In this document: positions 12,730 to 23,460 of the stretch, one piece after another
How positions within the stretch are numbered: position 1 is the first letter of the stretch
How the letters are laid out: each line of letters begins with the position of its first letter
Assembly: GCF_004010195.1 (NCBI RefSeq)
Contig: NC_057719.1
Span: 60,163,051-60,227,050 of the forward strand
Direction of reading: 5' to 3'
DNA: 64,000 bases
Origin: Chiloscyllium plagiosum
Lineage: Eukaryota
Notes under the pieces: generated by a model
The model's database searches: none
What the model was told of the DNA's origin: nothing
The model's input: only the letters and a program-made list of their open reading frames with translations
Translations under genes and position numbers: made by a program

Positions 12730-12935
12730 ACAATGCCAATAATGACCTGGAGGTATCACTTGACAGGTTGCCCCAGGGTAGGCTGTGTTCCTTCTGGAGA
12801 ATGCAGGCGAGGGAGCCGCACCAGTGCCTTGCTGTTTGGTTTGAGTCACCACTCAGGTCAGCGCTCTTTCTAAGTCCAAGAGGATCAGCCAACAGTGGTA
12901 CAAGAAGGTCAACACTTTCTCTGCTCCATCAAGGG
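12730..12935 (+). pseudogene. Myb/SANT-like (trihelix) gene remnant of a PIF/Harbinger-type DNA transposon
   Basis: Translates NDLEVSLDRLPQGRLCSFW...QCLAVWFE / frameshift / VTTQVSALSKSKRISQQWYKKVN. This matches the trihelix pattern DLEVLL..V..R..LF..AW.EVA..VSA..R...QC.KK.ND. Confidence 0.55.
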
Positions 12936-13649
12936 CAAATGCCACACTCTTCCCTCTGCTACCTCATACACATTCACTCTTTGTTATTGAACTCACTTCC
13001 CACAAAGGTTCCACTCTCACAACTGCTTGCAAGCTCAGCTGGCACTCCCTTCTATGCATTGCTAAAGGACCTTGTCTGGGATGACTCTCAGCAGGGATAT
13101 TTTAAATGTTGTTCATAAACTCAAAGCCCTATATGAGGTCTCTACCACTCAACACCCTGAGATAACCAGCCAATGGACAGTATCCTTGAGTCCCCTCCAT
13201 TGTTATCATGACTATCTGCTCCCATTCACTTCCTACTGCTACCAGGACACCAGTCCTTTCCCACTTCACTCCTCCATGCCTCCAACCCCACTCCACACAT
13301 CCCTTTCACCATTAATTCACTCTACCTGTAACTAATTGTAATGCAAGCTGACATTCTCCTGCTCCCTTTCCTTGTGGAGAAAATTTCAACAGGGAAAACC
13401 ACTAACTTTGTGTAACTATATGCACGTCATGGTTAGACAAACAGAAATCAGGTGCCACAAGATTCTCAATGGCTGCTGACTTTATTATGAAAGGACAGTG
13501 TAATTTCAAAAAATTTAATTTGATGAGTATTCATCCCACACAAGGTCATTACAAGTAGGAATTTATTACCAGATGATATATGACGCTGAGGTAATCTCTA
13601 AATTTAAACCTACCAAAATTTCAGTTCTCATTGAATTACATTATGCCAC

Positions 13650-14930
13650 TTATTATATTTCCTGCATTCTTATAAAATCCCAATACTCCCTCACTAATGT
13701 CTTTGCTGGGTCGATGGTTTTCAGTGCATGTAGTGCTATTGTTTTTTCTTGAATCTTGAAGGTTTAACATCTTAAGCATCATCAACTTCTTTCAAGTTCA
13801 AATCAAACTCAGGGTAGCATGTTGATGATATGCATCTGTTTTCCTTACTTGCACTTCACTTCTAAGTAATTTCTCTGCAAATAAAGTAACATCCTTTCAT
13901 AAATGCTTTGAAGCAGTTGGAAGTGATGTGAGAAAAATTAAGCAAAGTTGCTTGTGGTCAAGCTCCAGCATTACTTTCTTTCCCTGGTTCAATAGCTCCC
14001 AAGCTAAGACAATAGCCAGGCCCTCTTTCTTGATCTGTGTTTCGCATCCTTCAGTTTGTATTAATGTTCTGGATGTGAACACAATCACGATTTGCTTTTG
14101 CCAGCCAATATACAGTTCCTCAGCCTGATGTTGTCACACTATTTTCTTGAGGCAAGTGAAAGCTGCTTCTTGTTCTGTGCCCCATATCATTGACCGTTCT
14201 TTACAGTGTGCTTGCATAGGGGCCCTGATGAAAGAAAAGGCAGAAATCTGGCTAGATGGTTCTCCAATTCAACAAATTCCTGAGCTACATTCACTTATTC
14301 TGATTGTTACACCTCTGCTACATCTTACATTTTATCAGGATCATTCTTTTCTCGACTTCAGCTATCTTTAGTTCCAGTTTTCTCTTATTCAGCTTCAGGA
14401 CTGTTTAAGAATTGTTCCAAACTGGAACCCCAACTTTACTCCTGAAATCTTCATATGTGGGTTAACATTTTGAGCAACCTCTGTGAAGCTCATGATGTTG
14501 CATGTAGAACAAATGTCTGATACTTCAAATTACCTTGACTCTATCCTTTTGTAGTCATAAATCCGACCGTTACAAACCACCTTCTACCTCGGGATCTGAT
14601 GGCTCCAACTAATTCTAGGATGTTGAGTGATTCATATGAATTATTACCTGAGATCTCTCCAGCAACCATCCTTTGTTCTTTCTGGCATAATACTGGCATA
14701 CAACGGGTTCAGCTTCTCGCAGTTCAAACACAGCTTTCCGCATGGTGGGCATGATTTGTTTTCATGTCTGTGGCGTGCTCTTCAGTATTTATTCCAGTAT
14801 TCTATTCTTCATATTTCTGCTGGCCCCTACATAATTTGTCCTTCCTTTTGATCATTTGTCCTTCCTTGTGCTTGAAAGACTTGGACTTCCATTCCACATA
14901 GTTGGTGTCCTAAAATCTTTCTGTACATAT
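13650..14930 (-). mobile_element. Decayed Ty3/Gypsy LTR retrotransposon pol fragment (RT connection/RNase H)
   Basis: Minus strand gives IWGTEQEAAFTCLKK (~14140-14190). ORF 13897..14088 reads VFTSRTLIQTE..TQIKKEGLAIVLAWE...LELDHKQL, matching Gypsy RNase H (ASR.L..TE..Y.QIEKE.LA...TDHKPL). Boundaries are approximate. Confidence 0.8.
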
Positions 14931-15431
14931 CGTGACATCAGAGGTTGTATGAATATGACAAACCACAGTTTACACAGGTAGATGGTTAACCACAACTATT
15001 TAATGTCTTCATGAAAGATCTCTAGGATTTGTTTATATTTTGAGTACAAACCCAATATTAAGGGATGACTTTATGAATCTTGGTTGTTTTACAATTACAT
15101 TTACATTTACAAGTGGTATTTAAATCTCATTTGCACACAATCAACATAGATAATCAATCTTACATACATTAACCCTTGTGTGTGTTGTACATTACATCTA
15201 TGTACCAGAATAGCCTTCATATACCACCATAAATACCGTGACCTTTATGTGTGGAAATCAGAATTAATGGTGCCAAAAGGGTCTACAATTGGCATTGGTA
15301 ATGTTATGACTGAGATTAAGAAATAGCACAGTCTCACTCTGTCTGTCTGTCTGTCTCTCATTCCCACTGCTCCACTGGTCACAACATATATTTGTGTTTT
15401 ATCCTTGATACCGATATGGTCAATCGCGTAC

Positions 15432-15803
15432 CGGGATGTGACCATTCGCCGCCGCCGATTAGCCACTGCCCTTTCACCGCCAAGAACGCTTTGTCACCGC
15501 CCATTGGCCACTGAGGATGATTCGCCACCGCAAGTGTTTGTAACTCATTTTTATATATAAACCAATACAATCATATTTATTTCACCTCTTTTTTTTATCA
15601 ATATGTACTATGTTGTTGTATAAATAAAGGGGACTGAGAATTATGAAAGAACAGGCAGGACGGAAAACAGTCAGTACATATATATATTTCCGGTGGTGAA
15701 TAGTCTCCAGAGGTCAAACGACCCCAATGGAGAAACGCTGGTAGCGAACCGGCAGTGGCTAATCGGCGGCGGCAAATGTGCCGTGGCAAATCGTAACCAA
15801 CCC
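15432..15803. mobile_element. Non-autonomous DNA transposon (MITE), Mutator/Phantom-like
   Basis: Perfect 23-bp inverted repeat GCCGCCGCCGATTAGCCACTGCC (15448-15470 / 15751-15773). GGG...CCC termini, ~15-bp subterminal repeats, AT-rich core. Candidate 9-bp TSD ATCGCGTAC / ATCGCATGC. Confidence 0.75.
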
Positions 15804-16787
15804 ATCGCATGCATGCTTCATATTAGTATCTGAATAAAAATGTCTAGTAAACAACTTAGATGTAATAAATAATAAAAACAAGACTTATTTGACAAAGATG
15901 CAAAACCAATTAACCCATCATTTGAATTATTTAAGTCTAAATATTTACTCTTTTAAGAGAACCAAGCAGACACACAGTAGTTAAAACAAATATAAAGAAA
16001 CTATATCTGTAGTGATTATATTTGGAACAAAAATGGAGGTCAAATATTTGTTATTACTCGAAAAATGTAACAATAAGATATGAAATGTTCCAGATGGCTT
16101 TCAGTCTGGTACCCTGGTACTGTAGACAGCTGGTAATGGATCAATGCAGTTGTCACAGGGACCATCTCAGAAGCAGAACATTCAGGGGATGTCAAGAGAA
16201 AGTCTTTCAGAAGCTTCTCATCGCTGTTGAAGTTTTTCAGCTTTCTCACAAGATCCTCAAGAGGGTTTCTCAGAAAGGTGACAAAGGTGTGCTTACAGTA
16301 TTCCCTCTTCTCAGACTACACCTCAACAGAACTCCAGAGAACATGAAATAGCCCAAACTCCTGACAGCCATAAATTCATAGATTTGAGTTCCAGCAAGTC
16401 CAAGCAGTTCTACAGATTATCAAATTTAGCTGTAAACTTAAAATGTGTGACTTCCAGTAAATGACCCAGACTATCCTTCAATCACCGTTGCCTTTAGAAA
16501 AACTGTCCAGTTATCTCCACAGCAGTTCAAGTAAACCAATTTTCACTATTCTTTAGAGAAGCATCCTCAAAAATTATTAAGAACTTAATTGCCTTCATTA
16601 GTAGTAATTTACTCTCCCTTAACTCTGAAAATTGATCTAATGTTACTTTCACAGGTACTTCTCTCTGTTTGGGTTAAAGCATTTGCCTGAAAACAAATGG
16701 TAGTCTGTCCCAGGCACTAAGTTTCTAATTATATGATTTGAACCTGATGAAAATCTTAAGAGACACACATGGGTGATATATAAGTAA

Positions 16788-17115
16788 CAGCAGTGGCTCA
16801 GATGCTTCTGAGTCACAAGGTTCCAGGTTCAAACTCCACTCCAGGTCTGCAGCCCAGAAATCAAAGCAGTACAGTACTGAAGAAGAGGTGCATTCTCAAA
16901 GGGTGTCATCTTTTGGATAGACATTAAAGTGAGGCTTAATCTGTCTGCAAGGGTGGATGTAAATAATCCATGGCACTGCTTCAAAGGTGAAAAGAGAGTT
17001 ACCCTTGGTGTGCTGGCAATCATTTATCCCTCAATCGATATCATAAAAACAGATCATTTGATCATTATCACAATGGTATTTGTGAGAGTTTACAGACTGC
17101 ATACTGGCTGCAGAG
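16788..17115 (+). mobile_element. SacSINE1/DeuSINE-type SINE
   Basis: tRNA-like head (GGTTCAAACTCC) plus Deu-domain-like core GGATGTAAATAATCCATGGCACT...GGTGTGCTGGC..ATTTATCCCTCAA...ATCATTATCACA. Confidence 0.8.
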
Positions 17116-18189
17116 TATCCAATACTCCCAATAAAGTGTTGGCTGTTTTTGCTGTAAAGTTATGAAAACAAAACATGGAATTTAAATGTATTGAATGAGA
17201 ATTTGAAAATATGAGTGATTTTCATATGACGAAGTCTGTATTATCTATATAGAACTGTATTTTATTTTAGCTCAGCTTGGATCCTGATGTCCATCCAGGG
17301 AGAATGATGGGTGAGATGACATGGTGTATGTGAGGACAAAGAATGGTGAGTGGGAGAATGATTTAGCATGGTTTGACACTAAGTTGGCATAAAGGCTATA
17401 ACGGACCATAGGGGTATATGAGTTGACACTGGCTTAGCATTAGGGATATAACAGACCATGGACGACATGATTTAAATTTGCCTAGGAGCTATAAAAGGAG
17501 CAAAGGGAATAGATAGAGATGTAATATTTCATCATGCAGAGTGATGCAGGGATGAGAGGGTGCGAGTTGGGCCTAGCGGGCCTAACACTTTACGGAAGAT
17601 TTATGTCAAATGTTTCAGAGAACTAAGATGGGCCTTTTTTGTCCAGTCTGCTTGGTCTCTTAGAGCCTGTGTGGCTACTTCCCGTCTGTGACAGGCCGAA
17701 TACCATCTTGCATTGCACCTGACCCGCAAATGAAGTTCTCACCATTCAGGACATCTTCTTCCTCCATAGCAAATGCAGTAAGCTAGGAGTTTTTGCAATT
17801 CTATGCTCCTGCCCTGCCATTGAAAATTGAGGCAATTGTTTTTAAATTTAGGGCGAAATGAAGACGTTATATGACTTCTGTTGCTGTTTGTCTGACAATT
17901 GGTTGGGGCGAAGGACTGCTAAAGATTAAAAGATGGCCTAAACAAGGTGTAAGGTATTCACACTTACAGACAACAATGAAGGCAGCTAAGATACCTGTGC
18001 TCAGATTGTGAGTTTCCAAGTCACAACAAATTGTTAAGGATGTCAGGTAGTAAAAAGTATTTTGAGCTGTCCCTTTGAATTCAAGATTGGATATACTTGC
18101 AGTCTATAATCAGCAATTACATATGTGGGTCCACGTAATTCAGATTGCTACAAGGACAGGGACAGAGACAGTCATTGCAAAGATCAGGT

Positions 18190-20180
18190 TATAGGTTTTC
18201 CAGGTTTAGGAGGTACTGTCTGAGATGCCTTGATAAGTTATGGCAGTGCATCTTGTAGATAGGGCACACTGCATTTGCTCATCAGTGGTGAATGTGTTGG
18301 ATTGGGTGCCAATCAAAATAGCTGCTTTATATTAGGTGGTATTGAATGTTATTGGTGCTACACTCAGAGGCAAGCAGATGGCATTCCATTGCACTTTTAT
18401 CTTGTGGATAGGTTTTGTAGAAAAATAAAGTGAGTTACTTGCCTAAGAATTCCTAGCCTCTAATGAGCTTGTGTAGCCACAGTATTTATATGACTGGCCC
18501 AGTTCTGTTTATGGTCAATGGCTCCGCCCTCCAGGAAGTTTACACTGTGAAATTCAGTTAGATTCTGTCTTACCGAAGGTGGTCATTGCCTGTCATTTGT
18601 ATGGTGTGAATTTTTCCTGACACTTATCAGCCAAAACTTCAATGCTGTCCAGGTCTTGCTACACATATGCATGGATTGCTTCAATATCTGAGGAGTCACA
18701 AATGAGGCTGAGCATTGTGCAATCATCCATGAACATCCCCACTTCTGATCTTATGATGAAGGGAAAGTCATTGATTAAACAGCTGAAGATGGTCAGGCCC
18801 AGGACTCTACACTAAACAACTCCTTCAGTCAAGTTCTCTGCTAACATAATTGACCTTCAACAGCCACAATTATCTTCCTCCAGTTTGACTCCAACCAGTG
18901 GAGAATCTTGCTCCAATTCTCATTAGCTCCAGTTTTATTGGGGTTCCTTGGCACAACATTCAGTCAAATCTGCCTTTATGTCAAGGGCAGTCATGCGCAC
19001 CTCATCTCTGAAGTTCAGCTTTCTGTAATGAGATCAGGAGCTAACAGGTCCTGGCAGAACCTGAAGTGATGTTAGTGAGCCAGTTATTTGTTTGCAGGTT
19101 TTGCTTCATAACACTATCAATGATTAGCAAGTTTTCAGAAGCTTTGTAGCAAAGGTTGAGGTTTTGGATGTAGGTTTGCTCGCTGAGATTGAAGGTTCGT
19201 TTCCAGATGTTTCGTCACCCTACGAGGTAACATCGTCAGTGGGCCTACTGAAAATTCTTGCTTTCTATTTATATGTTTGTGTTTCTTTGGGTTGGTGATG
19301 TCATTTCCTGTGGTGATGTTATTTCCTGGGGTGAAGTCCCTTCCTGTTCCTTTTCTCAGGGAGTGGTAGATGGGGTCTAACTCGATGTGTTTGTTGATAG
19401 AATTCCGGTTGGAATGCCATGCTTCTAGGAATTCTTGTGCGTGTCTTTGTTTGGCTTGTCCTAGGATGGATGTGTTGTCTCAGTCGAAGTGGTTCCTTTC
19501 TCATCCGTATGTAAGGATACTAGTGAGAGAAGGTCATGTCTTTTTGTGGCTAGTTGGTGTTCATATATTCTGGTGGCTAGTTTTCTGCCTGTTTGTCCAA
19601 TGTAGTGTTTGTTATAGTCCTTGCTCGGTATTTTGTAAATGACATTAGTTTTGCTTGTTGTCTGTATAGGGTCTTTCAAGTTCATTAGCTGCTGTTTTAG
19701 TGTGTTGGTGGGTTTGTGGGCTACCATGATGCCAAGGTGTCTGAGTAGTCTGGCAGCCATTTCCGAAATGTCTTTATAGGGGAGAGTGGCTAGGGTTTCT
19801 GGACGTGTTTTGTCTGCTTGTTTGGGTTTGTTGCTGAGAAATTGGCGGACTGTATTGATTATGTACCCATTCTTGTTCCAGGCTTCTCTTTTGCTCTCAT
19901 GGGCTGGGCTACCTGATTGATGATTATGGGGATATTTGTGGAGTCTCCACCTTCTATTTATTGTTTAATTGTCCACCACCATTCATGACTGGATGTGACA
20001 GGATTACACAGCTCAGACCTTATCCATGGGTTGTGGGATCATTCGACCTGGTCTATTACTTCTGCTATTTGGTATGGGAATGGTCCTGAGTTGTAGTTTC
20101 ACGAGAATGGCACTTTAGTTTTAGGTATAATTGGTGCTGCTTATGGCAAGGGTTCCTGCAGTCTTCATTGAACCAGATAT
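18190..20180 (-). mobile_element. Decayed CR1/L2-group LINE RT region, split by the Penelope insertion at 19140-19880
   Basis: Same family as the plus-strand fragment at ~59790-60030 (LGFIVDQIINWTSH...). Reverse complement includes GTGGGGATGTTCATGGATGATTGC, a degenerate FADD region. Confidence 0.65.
19140..19880 (-). mobile_element. Penelope-like retroelement 3' part: GIY-YIG endonuclease plus pseudo-LTR with hammerhead motif
   Basis: ORF 19461..19760 reads NVIYKIPSKDYNKHYIGQTGRKLATRIYEH (GIY-YIG of PLEs). Hammerhead-like motif at 19203-19242. Confidence 0.92.
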
Positions 20181-21067
20181 ATCTGAGTTTTTTTGGTTAT
20201 TTTAAAAGTTCTGTAGTTTGAAGTGCTAAGTCAATTGTGCTTGATTGTCATAGAAAACAATTAAATCTTGAAATTTGCATTTACTTATCAACTCAATATT
20301 TGAATTTCTTTTTGAAAATTACCAATCTCTATGGTGACTGTTATATAGAATCATAGAATCCCTGCATGAGACAAAGAGTACAAAACTGCACCAGGAACAT
20401 TGCATGGTGTTAGCAGCTCAGTCACCAGATTAAACTGAAACTGGGGCCTCATAGCCATCTCTCTGTGATCCAAAGATTAAACAAATGCACTGATTTTATT
20501 TTAAAGAACATTAATTCTAAGATTTAAACTGCTCATTCTCAAGAATATTATAGGCAACAGAATAGTAACCTAACACATTGGCCCAAGTTGCTCACTGAAG
20601 GGATGTCTTTCAATGTTCACTTCTTGTAAAGTTGCCCACAGACCTTCTAGTTTCTTGCAGTTTGATTTATAGTGACACCTTTTATAGGAATGTGTGTCAC
20701 ACATGTACAAGGTAAATACCAAGCAGTTTCTTCAACCAGTCATGTTTATTTAACACAGTACTGTAATTGTCATTGTTTCTGAGGGAATGAGATTCCACAC
20801 TTGAAAAATTCATGTTTTATGGTCAGAGGGGTTTTCAGCAGTAATGATCACTTATTACACCATTAATGACTCTATTACTCCTAATTATATAAGTCTTTGG
20901 TATCAATATATTTATGAAAATAATTCACCTAGGTTCACACCTTTGCTAAAGAAAAGGTAGTAGATGCAACAAAAACAATGTTGCAAGGAGCAGGAGCTTG
21001 TATGAATGGTGAACTCTGGAGAGAGGTCACATGGTCCAGTTTGAGAGTGGGATAAGGCTATTGCATT

Positions 21068-21381
21068 TTAGATTACTTACAGTGTGGAAACAGGCCATTT
21101 GGCCCAATAAGTCCACACCAACCATCCGAAGAGCAACCTACCCAGACCCATTCTCCTACATTTACCTCTTCACCTAACACTATGGGCAATTTAGCATGGT
21201 CAATTCACCTAATCTGCACATTTTTGGACTGTGGGAGGAAAGCGGAGCACCCAGAGAAAACTCACTCAGACACGGGGAGAATGTGCAAACTCCACACAGA
21301 CAGTTGCCTGAGGTGGGAATTGAACCCAGGTCTCTGGCACTGTGAGGTAGCAGTGCTAACCACTGTACCACCATGCCACCC
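21068..21381 (-). mobile_element. HE1-type V-SINE, full length
   Basis: GGGTGGCATGGTGGTACAGTGGTTAGCACTGC..., V domain and TCTAA tail on the minus strand. Confidence 0.93.
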
Positions 21382-21790
21382 AAGAGATGTTGATCTGCTT
21401 GATAAGCAACATGCCATTGTTTGTTGTTTTTTATGTAATTAATCCTTTGTATTTTATTGTTGCTATGCTAGCAGCTCATGTGTGCAAAATAGCTTTGGTA
21501 TTAGAATCTGTGATTTTATCTTTTTTCACGAGCTTCACTATTACTTGGCTAAAGTAATTTAAATTTAAAGTCCACGGAGTTTTCACTCTTTTATTTCTCC
21601 TCAGCTTTGTGTGTAGTAAGTTTGTGATAATCTTTAAGAACGGTAGATATATATATTTGCACAATTCAAATAATTTGTAAATAATCTTTGCATCTTAATT
21701 TATTTTGGCATTAAACCAGTTATTTGTTGTTGACTTAGGAAACCGAGATAACTTCTTCTTAGTACTAAAGCAGACACAGTCCGAGACCTA

Positions 21791-22007
21791 TAGTTAGTTA
21801 TGTTATAATGCTGTAGTTCCATTCTTGTGCAATCCCGTGTTATAAGGAAGTTGCATAATAGCAGCACCATTTAAACTAATGGGGCTAGAATCATGTTACA
21901 ACCAATACTCGCTTTAAAAGTTTGTGCTTTAGAAACAGCACTCAATTCATCAAACACGTTATAGTGAATTCGCATTATTGAAACACGCATTATAGGAGAA
22001 CAACCTG
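21791..22007. mobile_element. Tc1/mariner-pogo (Tigger-like) MITE
   Basis: The right end reads TA|CAGGTTGTTCTCCTATAATGC on the minus strand. The left end TA|TAGTTAGTTATGTTATAATGC is a decayed match. TA flanks. Confidence 0.55.
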
Positions 22008-23069
22008 TATATAATATGTCCATATCATTAACATAATTTAATTTAAAATGTGTTGTGAGCAGTGGAGGGGTGAGAATGGAACAGGCAATGGTGTAGCCCT
22101 TCAACCTCAATCATAAAACTGTATTTTGCAGCCTTATACACCGATACGTGGAAGCCACATAAATAACCATTTCCAGGTGCTGTTGTATAAATTGCCAGGA
22201 TTAGGATTTTTAGCAGTACATTTCTTTTAATATATTCATTAAATTGAAATAATTTATTCATAGCAGCGACTGTTAAAATATTCATTATTTGCTGAAATGT
22301 ATGCAGTACAATATCACTGCATTTCTACATCTTTGAAGGGACATCACATCACAAAATAACAAGATTTAAAGTCCTAAAAAGAATAATTATTCTATTGACT
22401 ATTTTGCAGACAAATCTATTAGAATAAACTGAAATAACAGTTGTTCACATGTTAAAAAATGATTATAACATGGTGAACAAAGTGCAACCAGAAGTGTTTG
22501 AGAATTGGTAGAATCATACATAGCCCTTAGTGGACATATTGTGACTAAGACTGATTCTTCCTTAATTCTAATGGAAAGTGTTGTGTTTATAGAGTAATTT
22601 AGCATTTTTCTTAACTGAAATTGAAATTAACTCAATGTTTGATTAAAAGATGTAGTGCAAGAAAGAAAGCAATAGATGTAGAGTGGTTTGTGTAGAATTC
22701 ATGAGAGACTTTTAAAAAAAATATGCAGTTACATAATCACTACTGTCACAACTGCCCCTAGGGGGTTCATTGGATCATTTATTACTGATGCAGGAAAAGG
22801 TTTCCTGCTATTGTGCAATACATGCTACCCAAATGCATCCTCCATGTATGGTATATCTTGAATACACAACAGAAACTTTGCTGAAGATCTCAATTCACCA
22901 ATTTATTGAAGCCACAAAATGACAGCTATATTATAGAAATATTAAGTAACTCTGTGGGATTGTTTAGCAAAAGGAAAGCTCAGTGGAACAGCATAGCAAA
23001 ATAAGATAATTGGAATAAGTAGCTTAGTGTGCAATTTAGTATACTTGTATAATTAAAAAGAAAAAAAAA

Positions 23070-23460
23070 GAAAAACTTGCATTTATACAGTGCTTTTTGT
23101 GGCCATATCGTGGTTGATGAAATGCCTCAAAATACTATGGCCAATGACATATTTTTTGAAGGTATGTTATGTAGGTAACTAATCTACACATCAAAAACTC
23201 CCACAACCAGCAATGTGATAATCAGATAAATTTTGAGGATGTTGATTGAGGGATAAACATTAGCCAGAACACAGAGATAACTCACTTAGCCTTCTTTGAT
23301 ATAGGGGCATGGGATCTTTTCATCCACTGACGTAAGCAGATGGGGTGTTGGTTTAAAATCTCACCTAAAAGGTGACCTCTCTGACAGATTGGTGTATGCT
23401 CAAGCCATGTAGTAAAACTCGAACCTGTGATTCAGAGGTGAGGATTCTCCCAACAGAACA
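23070..23460 (-). mobile_element. SacSINE1/DeuSINE-type SINE
   Basis: Reverse complement of the Deu core seen at 16950-17090 (GATTGAGGGATAAA..GCCAG.ACAC, GCATGGGATCTTTT.CATCCAC). Confidence 0.8.

Noticed and set aside
21180..21383. Recurring peptide AQWLALLPHS..GNCLCGVCTFSPCL (also 7029, 40097, 63046)
   Set aside because: Translation of HE1 SINE DNA, not a gene family.
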